From assembly GCA_000993685.1 (NCBI GenBank), contig LBWP01000003.1:6196-70195 (forward strand): DNA of 64,000 nucleotides, in the 5' to 3' direction. Below the pieces are notes generated by a model. It did not search any database. It was not told where the DNA came from and was given only the letters and a program-made list of their open reading frames with translations. The translations under genes and the position numbers were made by a program. Source of the stretch: Candidatus Woesebacteria bacterium GW2011_GWA1_39_21. GTDB lineage: Bacteria; Patescibacteriota; Microgenomatia; UBA8517. Below, one piece after another: positions 50,051-59,205 of the stretch (positions within the stretch are counted from its first letter, which is position 1; the number at the start of each line of letters is the position of its first letter).

Positions 50051-51297
50051 AGCCTGTTGTAATTTCGATTTCACCAAATACAGAGAAGGATGATATTTTA
50101 TTGTCTTTACGTGTGCTACTTTCGCCGTGGAAATGGTTTGATGAAAAAGCTGTTTCTGACTTCGAAAATAAATTTGCCTCGTATTTTGGAAAAAATTATA
50201 AAGCCCTTGCTGTAAATAGCGGAAGGTCGGCGGAGTTTCTCATTTTAAAAGCGATGGATATAAGAAAAGGTGACTTTGTAGCAATACAGGCGCTTACTTG
50301 TATCGCTGTTTCAAATCCTATTTTATGGAACGATGCGTTGCCACTATACGTTGATGTTGATGATTCCTACAACATGGATGTTGGGGACCTTGAGAAAAAG
50401 TTAAACGGCGATGTAAGGTGTGTTATTGTTCAGCATTCTTTTGGTGTACCCGCGAAAGTTGAAGAAATTGCAAGAGTGGCAAAGAAGCATAATATTTCAG
50501 TCATTGAAGACTGCGCGGTTTCGATGGGGGGTAAATATAATGGTAAAAAATTAGGAACTTTTGGAGATATTTCCTTTTTTAGTTTTGGAAGAGATAAGGT
50601 AATTTCATCGGTGTTTGGTGGAATGATACTGACATCTAACCAAAATTATTATAAAAAACTCAGATTGTTAAGGGACAATTTGGCAGAACCGCCAAAATCT
50701 TGGGTGATACGTCAACTACTACACCCAATACTTTTTTCGTTTATTAAACCTTCATATTTTTTGGGTTTTAGAAAATACTCAATTGGAAAAATGCTTTTGT
50801 TTGTTTCTCAGAAGTTAAGGATTTTAGACAAAGCTGTTTACGAAAAGGAAAAAAGAGGTAAAAAACCAGAACTTTTTCCCTCGAAAATGCCGGGTGCTTT
50901 GGCTGTGTTGGCTTTACACCAGTTTAATAAACTCGATAAATTTAACAAAAGAAGGATTGGTTTTCATAATAGTTATTTAAAAATGTTGGAAGGAACTAAT
51001 TTCCGATGTCCAAGCGGTGTCGAAGGGGCAATTTGGCTTCGTGTTCCTATTCACGAGTTAAAGTCAAAGGAAATAATAGAATTTGCTAAACGTCAGAATA
51101 TTTTATTGGGTGATTGGTACAATAAAGTTGTAACACCAGCGTTAGATCTAGAAGTTATCGGTTATAGAAAAGGAAGTTGCCCGGCGGCCGAGATGTATGC
51201 AGGGTGTTTACTTAATTTACCAACATACCCATTGATGGAAAATTCTGACGTTGAAAATGTTGTTTCAGTTTTGAAATTATGGGAAAGTACGAAGTAA
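50047..51297 (+). CDS. DegT/DnrJ/EryC1/StrS-family PLP aminotransferase
   Basis: 'NSGR', 'QHSFG', 'IEDCA', 'FSFGRDK..SSVFGG', 'LPTYP'. Confidence 0.85.
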   Translation: MKPVVISISPNTEKDDILLSLRVLLSPWKWFDEKAVSDFENKFASYFGKNYKALAVNSGRSAEFLILKAMDIRKGDFVAIQALTCIAVSNPILWNDALPLYVDVDDSYNMDVGDLEKKLNGDVRCVIVQHSFGVPAKVEEIARVAKKHNISVIEDCAVSMGGKYNGKKLGTFGDISFFSFGRDKVISSVFGGMILTSNQNYYKKLRLLRDNLAEPPKSWVIRQLLHPILFSFIKPSYFLGFRKYSIGKMLLFVSQKLRILDKAVYEKEKRGKKPELFPSKMPGALAVLALHQFNKLDKFNKRRIGFHNSYLKMLEGTNFRCPSGVEGAIWLRVPIHELKSKEIIEFAKRQNILLGDWYNKVVTPALDLEVIGYRKGSCPAAEMYAGCLLNLPTYPLMENSDVENVVSVLKLWESTK

Positions 51298-52301
51298 AAG
51301 AAATTAGTAGCAAAAATTTGTGGGAGAAGTTTGTTTTACAAAATGACCCTAAGTCATTTCTGCAATCTTGGAATTGGGGGGAGACAAATAAAATTTTGGG
51401 GAAGAAAATCTTCAGACTTGGATTTACTAAAGACAAAAAACTTGTTGGTGTGTGTTTGGTAATAGAAGAAAAAGCAAAAAGAGGGCCGCATTTTTTAATT
51501 CCCGGTGGACCACTTTTTGATTGGGAAAACAAAAGACTAGTTTCATTCTTTTTGAAGACGATAAAAAGTTATGCAGTAAAACAAAAAGTTTGGTTTGTGC
51601 GTATAAGGCCGGAACTCTTCGATAATCAAAAAAATCGAAAATTATTTAGTAGTTTAGGTTTGTTGCCGGCACCGATGCACCTTCATGCTGAAAACACGTG
51701 GGTTTTGGAAATAGATCGAAACGACGATGAACTGCTTTCAGGTATGAGAAAGACAACAAGATATCTAATTAAAAAAAGTTTGGACATGAATCTTAGCGTG
51801 AAGGTTTATAGTGTTCCTGACAAAACTGAAATATTGGATAAACTTCAGGGTGAAACAGTGAAAAGGCATAAGTTTAAGGGTTTTTCAAACTCGCTTTTTA
51901 CGGCACAACTGGCTACTTTTGCGAAGGATGGCCAAGCGGAATTGGTTGTTTGTGGGAAAGGTGAATACAACCTGGCAGCAGCAATAATCATCTTTTATGG
52001 AAGATATGCGTACTATCATCACAGCGGCTCGACATCAGACTTTAGAGAAATCCCATTTTCGTATTTTTTACAGTGGAAGATAATTCAATCTGCAAGGGAA
52101 AAAGGCATGAAGTTTTATAACTTTTGGGGAATTGCTCCAAACGATAGTCCAAAACATAGATTCGCTGGAGTAACGCTTTTTAAAACAGGATTTGGGGGTA
52201 ATAGAATTGATTGGCTACATGCATACGATCTTCCGGTTTCGCCCTTATATTTTTTTACTCATGTCTTTGAAACAGGTAGAAGAATTATGAGGAGATTGTA
52301 A
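51279..52301 (+). CDS. FemABX-family peptidoglycan bridge aminoacyltransferase
   Basis: 'FLQSWNWG', 'GGP', 'MRKTTRY', 'YNFWG', 'GVTLFKTGFGG'. Confidence 0.88.
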   Translation: MGKYEVKEISSKNLWEKFVLQNDPKSFLQSWNWGETNKILGKKIFRLGFTKDKKLVGVCLVIEEKAKRGPHFLIPGGPLFDWENKRLVSFFLKTIKSYAVKQKVWFVRIRPELFDNQKNRKLFSSLGLLPAPMHLHAENTWVLEIDRNDDELLSGMRKTTRYLIKKSLDMNLSVKVYSVPDKTEILDKLQGETVKRHKFKGFSNSLFTAQLATFAKDGQAELVVCGKGEYNLAAAIIIFYGRYAYYHHSGSTSDFREIPFSYFLQWKIIQSAREKGMKFYNFWGIAPNDSPKHRFAGVTLFKTGFGGNRIDWLHAYDLPVSPLYFFTHVFETGRRIMRRL

Positions 52302-52338
52302 GCGAAAATTATAGGCGTTATAATACTTAATACTACTT

Positions 52339-53394
52339 ATGACTTTGCCAAACGTACTGCCCTTGGCGTTAGGACTGATATTGTTTTCATTTTTTGTAAC
52401 GAGCATTCTAATCATTCCCTATATCAATCTTCTTTACCGACTACATTTAACGCGTAGAAAAGAAGCGCCAAGAAGGGGTAAGGTGCCGATTTTTGATGAG
52501 TATCACGATGTCAAAGCAGGGACTCCTGTTGGCGGTGGAGTGTTAATAATTCTCGTTGTGCTTCTTTTGTTCTACCTATTGTTTCCGTTTGCCTCACACA
52601 TGGGAGTTTATATCCGAAGCTCCCATGATTTTAAGTGGGAGCTATTTGCAATCTTCTTTACCTTTTTGTCGTTCGGGCTTTTGGGGTTATCGGATGACTT
52701 GATGAAGATGTTTTCAAAACCTAAACCGGGGGTACTTGGGTTATGGTTTGGAATGACTCGGAAAACAAAATTTATTTTGCAATGGGTGTTAGCGTTTATT
52801 GTCGGCGCAATTTTGTATTACAAGTTGGGAATTCACTTTCTCCATTTGCCCTTTGTTAACGTCAACATCAATCTCGGTTTTTTTTATCTTTTCTTTTCTG
52901 CATTTGTCATCGTTACTTTCACCAACGCTTTTAACATTACCGACGGGTTGGATGGTTTATCGAGCGGATTGTTTTTAATTTGTCTTGTAGCGTTTGGAAT
53001 AATTTCTTCTGCTTCTTTGGACACACCGCTTTCGTTGTTCATAGCACTACTTTTGGGATCGTTATTCGCTTTTCTGTATTTTAACGTTTGGCCAGCGAGA
53101 ATATTTTTGGGCGATGCCGGCGCGTTGTCTTTTGGAGCAACGCTCGCCGTTGTTGGTTTGCTTACTGGGAGTATTGTTGCACTGACGATCGTTGGTGGAG
53201 TATTTATCATCGAGCTCGTATCATCATTTGTCCAGATTGTCGGCTGGAAATTTTTAAAAAGGCCTTTACTGCCGCTTGCACCCTTACATAACAGTTTCCT
53301 TTTACGTGGTTGGGAAGAGCCGAAGATTGTTTTTCGTGCTTGGCTCGTTGGTATTGTTCTGGCAATTTTCGGACTTTGGCTGTCGATGATATGA
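52339..53394 (+). CDS. mraY: Phospho-MurNAc-pentapeptide transferase
   Basis: 'KAGTP..GG', 'DD', 'NAFNITDGLDGL', 'FLGDAG'. Confidence 0.95.
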   Translation: MTLPNVLPLALGLILFSFFVTSILIIPYINLLYRLHLTRRKEAPRRGKVPIFDEYHDVKAGTPVGGGVLIILVVLLLFYLLFPFASHMGVYIRSSHDFKWELFAIFFTFLSFGLLGLSDDLMKMFSKPKPGVLGLWFGMTRKTKFILQWVLAFIVGAILYYKLGIHFLHLPFVNVNINLGFFYLFFSAFVIVTFTNAFNITDGLDGLSSGLFLICLVAFGIISSASLDTPLSLFIALLLGSLFAFLYFNVWPARIFLGDAGALSFGATLAVVGLLTGSIVALTIVGGVFIIELVSSFVQIVGWKFLKRPLLPLAPLHNSFLLRGWEEPKIVFRAWLVGIVLAIFGLWLSMI

Positions 53395-53409
53395 CCTTTT
53401 TTTATATTT

Positions 53410-54516
53410 ATGAAGAGAAAGAAAGCTTCTGCAAAACATTTGTTTTTCTTTATTGACTACAGATTGTTTATTCCGCTTTTGGTACTTATTTTAATCGGAT
53501 TGTTTGCGATTATGGATGTCTCCGCGCCACGGGCGATGGAAATTTTTTCTGATCGTTTTTATTTTGTTAAACAACAATTGGTTTGGGTGATTGTGGGACT
53601 TTTTGTTTTTTTGATTATCTCGCAAATTAATGTGACTATCTGGAGCAAGTTCGCTCTCTACATCTATCTTCTCTCGATAATTTTTCTAATATTGGTTTTG
53701 ATTCCTGGAATCAGCGCCAAAACGTTGGGTGCACGTCGTTGGCTAAATCTTGGTTTTTTTGGGTTTCAACCGTCTGAATTTGCAAAATTGGCACTTTGCA
53801 TATATCTTGCAAAACTTGCGGCTAACAAGAGAAAGTTAATATCGTTTCTTCTTCCGATAATTCTGACTTCGTCACTAGTGATGTTGCAGCCGGATTTGGG
53901 TACAACGATTGTTATTGGGATAATTGCTTTTTCACAGCTTGTTTTTTCGGGTGTCGACTTACGTAAAATACTAATAATCGGAATTTGCGCTATCGTTGTT
54001 GTATTTCTATTGATTATCATGTCAGACTACAGAAGGGAGAGGTTGCAGGCCTTTTTGAACCCGATAACAAGCGACCAAAGTGACAACTACCATATAAAAC
54101 AGATTTTATATTCATTGGCGATTGGTGGTGTTAGTGGTTCTGGTATCGGGCAATCTAAACAAAAATATTTATTTTTGCCGGAGGCAACAACGGATTCAAT
54201 TATGGCGATTGTAGCTGAGGAGACCGGTTTTCTAGGTGTTTCAATTATACTTGGTATTTATATCTTTATTTCACTTCGGATGGCAACTAGTTTGAAAAAA
54301 GTAAAAGATGATTTTTTAATAGTCCTTGCGATTGGCATTTCATCATGGTTTACCGGTCAGGCGTTTATTAACCTTGGGTCGGTGTCTTCACTCCTACCGT
54401 TTACTGGTGTTCCGCTTCCATTTATTTCTTACGGGGGATCTACATTGCTCACAATGTTAACTGCTTTTGCAATTTTTAATTCGGTGTTAAAGTATTCGCA
54501 AAGGTATGAATGGTAA
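53410..54516 (+). CDS. ftsW: SEDS protein FtsW
   Basis: 'GARRW', 'FQPSEFAK', 'QPDLGT', 'TGVPLPFISYGGS'. Confidence 0.92.
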   Translation: MKRKKASAKHLFFFIDYRLFIPLLVLILIGLFAIMDVSAPRAMEIFSDRFYFVKQQLVWVIVGLFVFLIISQINVTIWSKFALYIYLLSIIFLILVLIPGISAKTLGARRWLNLGFFGFQPSEFAKLALCIYLAKLAANKRKLISFLLPIILTSSLVMLQPDLGTTIVIGIIAFSQLVFSGVDLRKILIIGICAIVVVFLLIIMSDYRRERLQAFLNPITSDQSDNYHIKQILYSLAIGGVSGSGIGQSKQKYLFLPEATTDSIMAIVAEETGFLGVSIILGIYIFISLRMATSLKKVKDDFLIVLAIGISSWFTGQAFINLGSVSSLLPFTGVPLPFISYGGSTLLTMLTAFAIFNSVLKYSQRYEW

Positions 54517-55612
54517 ACTGTTGATTGCAGCGGGACACGCTGGTTCAACGGCGTATGCGACAATTGAGGAGTTCAAAATACAAAATCCCAATTGGGGGAT
54601 TGTCTTTGTGGGATCTTCAAGCGCCATGGAGGGTCGCAAGTCCTCCACAATTGAAAACGCCTACATGCCAAAAATCGGGATAAAATTTATCCCAATTGTC
54701 AGTGGAAGATTGCAAAGGAAATTTACACTTTGGACGCTTCCGTCACTTTTGAAAATACCGATCGGGTTTGCCCATGCACTTTTCATTCTTCTTTCAGAAA
54801 GACCGAACGCAATTCTTTCATTTGGAGGTTTTTCCGCTTTTCCGATCGTTGTGATTGGCTGGTTACTGCGCATACCTGTTATCATTCATGATCAAACAAC
54901 ATCAGCAGGCAGGTCTAATTTAGCATCTGTGCCCTTCGCAAAGAAGATTGCCCTTTCGCGGGATGATAGTCTCAGGTATTTTCCAAAAAACAAATCCGAA
55001 GTGGTTGGAAACCCAATCTCAAAAGAGGTCATAACTTGCAAAAACAAAAAGTATGCAAAAAGAACAAGTGCTATCTTTATTGCCGGTGGTTCGCGAGGTT
55101 CGATTTCGCTTAACCGCCTTGCGATAACAATTCTTCCCGAACTTCTTCATGATTTTGTTGTCTATCATCAGACTGGTGACGTTGATTTTCCGGATATTAA
55201 AAAGTTTTTGTTAACATTAGACAGAAAAAGTCGAAATAGATATCACCCTTTCCCAAAGGTTGAGATGTGGAATTGGTACAAATATTTACGCGACAGTGAT
55301 ATTCTCGTTTCAAGGTCCGGTGCAAACATTGTTTCCGAAGCGTTGCAAATTGGCATACCGTCGATTTTTATTCCCCTGCCTTTTGCCTATAATGACGAGC
55401 AAAGAAAGAATGCGAAATACGCAGAGGATTTAGGTCTGTCAAGGGTGCTTGATGAAAAAGATTTAGATCCCAAGCGGCTTTATGTGGAAATTCTCGGGCT
55501 GTCGCGAAAGTGGGATAAAATTGTAAAATCTTACCAAAAACCAAAAATTGATGATAGTAAGGCTGCAGAAAAATTGTGTAAAATTATTTCCGAGTATGCA
55601 TTGGTTTTTTAG
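54506..55612 (+). CDS. murG: MurG glycosyltransferase
   Basis: 'SFGGF', 'VGNP', 'GGSRGS', 'SRSGA', 'EQRKNA'. Confidence 0.9.
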   Translation: MNGKLLIAAGHAGSTAYATIEEFKIQNPNWGIVFVGSSSAMEGRKSSTIENAYMPKIGIKFIPIVSGRLQRKFTLWTLPSLLKIPIGFAHALFILLSERPNAILSFGGFSAFPIVVIGWLLRIPVIIHDQTTSAGRSNLASVPFAKKIALSRDDSLRYFPKNKSEVVGNPISKEVITCKNKKYAKRTSAIFIAGGSRGSISLNRLAITILPELLHDFVVYHQTGDVDFPDIKKFLLTLDRKSRNRYHPFPKVEMWNWYKYLRDSDILVSRSGANIVSEALQIGIPSIFIPLPFAYNDEQRKNAKYAEDLGLSRVLDEKDLDPKRLYVEILGLSRKWDKIVKSYQKPKIDDSKAAEKLCKIISEYALVF

Positions 55613-56285
55613 AATTCTTGCAGTTGTGGTCTTTTTGGCCGGGTCTTTTTTATCCTACTCATTCCTAAAAATAAAAAAAATTGAATGTGTGAGCCAGTAT
55701 ACAAAATGCAGTTCGGATTTAGGTGTGGGTTTGGACAAGATTCGTAAAGACAAGATCTTCTCAACACAAAATGAGATTCGCAACTACTTGAGCGTTGAAC
55801 CGTTGGTAAAAAAATACTCTATTCAATTTATGCTTGATGGTACGTTTATTGTTCGCATTCAAGAGCGAAACGCTAAGTATTGTTTAAGTTCTGGTGACAA
55901 AAGTTATTACACTGACGAGGAAGCTGTTGTGATAAAAATTGATAGCGCTAAAAAAACGAATTGTGTATCCGAAGAAGGTGTTGATTATCAGAAAGGAGAT
56001 AGATTAGAGTATAAAGAGTTGCAGTTTCAAAAGCTGTTTTATGAACTTCGTGATCTACCCGGTATTGGCGAAGCGAAGATCGAGGGAGATGCGATGAAGG
56101 TTCAATTCCGGGACGGAGTGAAAATGTTTTTTTTATACAACACTGATTTGGAATTGAGTGCGGGAAAGGCCTATTACATTGCGTCACAGTTTGATATTAT
56201 TAAAGAGTATATAATTAATAAAGGCTACACGAGTGTGTCAGAGGTAGATTTTCGTTTTAACAATCCGATAATTAGAGCTATATGA
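55596..56285 (+). CDS. ftsQ: FtsQ/DivIB-like protein
   Basis: TM plus POTRA-like region, C-terminal 'VDFRF', upstream of ftsA. Confidence 0.7.
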   Translation: MHWFFRILAVVVFLAGSFLSYSFLKIKKIECVSQYTKCSSDLGVGLDKIRKDKIFSTQNEIRNYLSVEPLVKKYSIQFMLDGTFIVRIQERNAKYCLSSGDKSYYTDEEAVVIKIDSAKKTNCVSEEGVDYQKGDRLEYKELQFQKLFYELRDLPGIGEAKIEGDAMKVQFRDGVKMFFLYNTDLELSAGKAYYIASQFDIIKEYIINKGYTSVSEVDFRFNNPIIRAI

Positions 56286-57562
56286 TGAAATCTAGATCGA
56301 CAATAATTGCTGCCATTGATATAGGATCAGAAAAAGTTACAACGTTGATAGCTAATGTTCAGACAGAACTAACTGATTTATCAAAAGTGATTAATGTCAT
56401 TGGAGTTGCGGCGAGCGAGTCGGGTGAAGGCAGAGGAATTAAAAAAGGTCAAATTGTAAATTTAGAAGAAGCAGTTGATGCTGTGATCGAGTCGGTAGAG
56501 TCTGCAGAAAGAATGGCTGGCCACAACGTCACCAAAGCATATCTTGCTTTAGGTGGTGCGCATATTCTCTCACAGAACTCACATGGGGTAGTTGCAATTT
56601 CAAACCCTGAAGGAGAGATTACACAAGCAGACATTAATCGAGTAATCGATGCCGCTTCGGCCGTTTCTTTGCCGCCGTCGCGTGTACTGATACACGTTAT
56701 TCCTAAAGAGTTTATAGTGGATGGTGACTCTGGTATTAAAGATCCCTTAAGAATGGAGGGTGTCCGTTTGGAAGCTGAGGCTCACTTGATCACTGCTTCT
56801 TCCTCTGCAGTTAAAAATATTGAAAAAGTGTTGGATGAGGTTGGGATAAAAGTGGAAGAGTTTATATATTCCGGTATCGCCTCTTCAGATGCGGTTTTGA
56901 CGAAGACAGAAAAGGAGCTTGGTTGTGTGATGATTGATATCGGTGCAGGAACGACTTCAATTGCGGTTTACGAAGAGGGTTCGTTAACATATTCTTATGT
57001 TCTTCCAATTGGTTCACGCAATGTTACAAAAGATTTGGCGACTGGGCTGCGGGTCTCCTTGGAGGCTGCTGAAAAAATCAAATTATCCCTCAATCCACTT
57101 CGTGAAAAAAAAGGTACGGAAGCTGAAGAATATCTTGATCTGACCAAGTATGACGCCGGTGAAGACAAAAAAGTTTCCAGAAAAACTGTATTAGAGGGAA
57201 TAATCCGCCCCAGGCTGAATGAAATATTTTCAATGGTCAAGACACAACTTGAGAAAGAAAAGTTGATTAATAAAATTCCTTCAGGTGCGATTATTACAGG
57301 TGGAGGAGCGCAAGTTTATGGAGTTGAAGAATCGGGCAAGAGACTCCTTTCTTTACCCGTACGAATCGGAAAGCCACATGGCGTTGAAGGTTTGGTTGAT
57401 GAAATCCTTAATACTTCTTTTTCTGTTCCTATCGGAGTACTGATAAATGCTTCAAAAAAGGAACCTAAAGATCACTTGACAAGTATATCAAAAAGGTTAA
57501 AACTACCAACTATAGGAATACTTGCAAAACTAGCAAAAATTTTTAAAGATCTCCTGCCCTGA
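56282..57562 (+). CDS. ftsA: Cell division protein FtsA
   Basis: 'IDIGSEK', 'IDIGAGTT', 'TGGGA'. Confidence 0.95.
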   Translation: MMKSRSTIIAAIDIGSEKVTTLIANVQTELTDLSKVINVIGVAASESGEGRGIKKGQIVNLEEAVDAVIESVESAERMAGHNVTKAYLALGGAHILSQNSHGVVAISNPEGEITQADINRVIDAASAVSLPPSRVLIHVIPKEFIVDGDSGIKDPLRMEGVRLEAEAHLITASSSAVKNIEKVLDEVGIKVEEFIYSGIASSDAVLTKTEKELGCVMIDIGAGTTSIAVYEEGSLTYSYVLPIGSRNVTKDLATGLRVSLEAAEKIKLSLNPLREKKGTEAEEYLDLTKYDAGEDKKVSRKTVLEGIIRPRLNEIFSMVKTQLEKEKLINKIPSGAIITGGGAQVYGVEESGKRLLSLPVRIGKPHGVEGLVDEILNTSFSVPIGVLINASKKEPKDHLTSISKRLKLPTIGILAKLAKIFKDLLP

Positions 57563-57732
57563 ATTAACTTAACTCACAAGATATTTCTAATTTGGGGGTA
57601 ACTAAATAACTACAGACCGAAAGCTTTTATTTGCTAAAAAAATTGCAAATTTTTAAAATATGCATTGTTGTCATATTTGGACTGCGAGTTGTTTTTTACA
57701 TTGCCCCATAATAAAATCACGGAAATAGATAT

Positions 57733-58896
57733 ATGGCATTAGTAAAACCGGATTCAGGTAGAATCGCAAAAATAAAAGTTATCGGAGTTGGTGGAGGAGG
57801 GGGAAATGCTGTTAGTTCGATGGTCGAGAGCGGCAACATCAGCGGTGTTGAATTCATTGCTGTTAATACCGATGCGCAGGTACTTTTAGCAAATAAAGCT
57901 TCAACGAAAATTCAGATAGGCGAAAAAATAACTAAGGGTCTAGGTGTTGGTGGTAACCCGGAAATCGGGACGCAGGCGGCGGAGGAATCTCAGGAGAAAC
58001 TCAAAGAGCTCATGATTGATTCCGACATGGTGTTTGTTACAGCTGGAATGGGAGGGGGTACGGGAACGGGAGCGGCGCCAACAATCGCCCGCTTAGCCAA
58101 AGAGTCTGGTGCCTTGACTGTAGCGGTTGTTACGCGTCCTTTTCATTTTGAGGGTACAAGACGCGCTGTTGTTGCGGATGACGGTGTTGACAAGTTAAGA
58201 AACGAGGTCGATACATTAATCGTTATTCCTAACCAGAGATTAATGGATGTAATTGATCGGAAGATGACACTTGTTGACGCCTTCAGAATTGTTGATTCTG
58301 TTTTGGCACAAGCTGTTGGCGGAATTTCAGAGATAATTACGGTTCCCGGACTTGTTAACGTCGATTTTGCCGATGTGAAGACTATTATGAAAGAGGCGGG
58401 CTCCGCGCTTTTGGGAATCGGGACGGGCGTTGGTGAGAATCGGGCGCAAATGGCGGCAAGGGCGGCAATTGCCTCTCCACTGCTTGATCTGTCAATTGAA
58501 GGTGCAACTGGGGTACTTTTTAATATCACGGGTGGACCCGATCTCACAATGTTTGAGGTTGATGAGGCGGCAAGAGTAATATCATCTTCAGCAGAACCCG
58601 ACGCTAATATTATCTTTGGAGCGGTGATTAAAAATGATATGGCCGACCAAGTAAGAATTACAGTTGTCGCGACCGGTTTTGATGAAGCAAAATCGAGACT
58701 TGCGAAAATGAGTCAGAAAACTGAGCCGCAATTTCAGGGCGTTGTCAGCGAAAGAGGAGAAGAGCAAAAAGGTGAAGAGATAACTCAGACAGATAGCCGC
58801 TCGTTTGAAGAAAGTGTTGAGGCTGATGATGAAATTGATGAGTTCGGTAAAAAGTTTGAGATTCCTGCATTTTTAAGAAGGATAAAGCAAGGATGA
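57733..58896 (+). CDS. ftsZ: Cell division protein FtsZ
   Basis: 'GVGGGGGNA', 'GMGGGTGTG', 'NVDFADV', 'IPAFLR'. Confidence 0.98.
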   Translation: MALVKPDSGRIAKIKVIGVGGGGGNAVSSMVESGNISGVEFIAVNTDAQVLLANKASTKIQIGEKITKGLGVGGNPEIGTQAAEESQEKLKELMIDSDMVFVTAGMGGGTGTGAAPTIARLAKESGALTVAVVTRPFHFEGTRRAVVADDGVDKLRNEVDTLIVIPNQRLMDVIDRKMTLVDAFRIVDSVLAQAVGGISEIITVPGLVNVDFADVKTIMKEAGSALLGIGTGVGENRAQMAARAAIASPLLDLSIEGATGVLFNITGGPDLTMFEVDEAARVISSSAEPDANIIFGAVIKNDMADQVRITVVATGFDEAKSRLAKMSQKTEPQFQGVVSERGEEQKGEEITQTDSRSFEESVEADDEIDEFGKKFEIPAFLRRIKQG

Positions 58897-58984
58897 GTTC
58901 TGAAAGTAAATTAATTGTCTGACCTTTCATCTTCGGGCTTTGTGAAATCTATTGTCTTCGAGAGAGAAAAAACCGTCATTTTAT

Positions 58985-59153
58985 AACAACGTTCAAGAAA
59001 ACCCCACCCTTCAGGGTGGGGATGAACCGCCTGCTTAGCTGCGCAAGCTAGCGGGCAGGATTGAACTCTGAAAATGCGTAAGCGGAGTCAAGCTTTGCTT
59101 TTATGTCATCCTCCTTGGGGACACCCCACCTATTAAGGCGGGGAGGATGTCAT
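58985..59153 (+). mobile_element. Non-autonomous IS200/IS605-type mini-element (169 nt, copy D)
   Basis: TTAT|AACAACGTTCAAGAAAACCCCACCCTTCAGGGTGGGGATGAA...GACACCCCACCTATTAAGGCGGGGAGGATGTCAT; near-identical to copy C plus 34-nt and 30-nt extra segments. Confidence 0.9.
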
Positions 59154-59205
59154 TAAAAGACTTGACCTTATTCAAATAGGAAGAAAATTGTTGTAAAATT
59201 TCCCC

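Noticed and set aside
58985-59153. Simple ftsZ terminator, T-box or tRNA upstream of ileS
   Set aside because: No U-tract, T-box motif or cloverleaf, and homologous copies occur in unrelated contexts.
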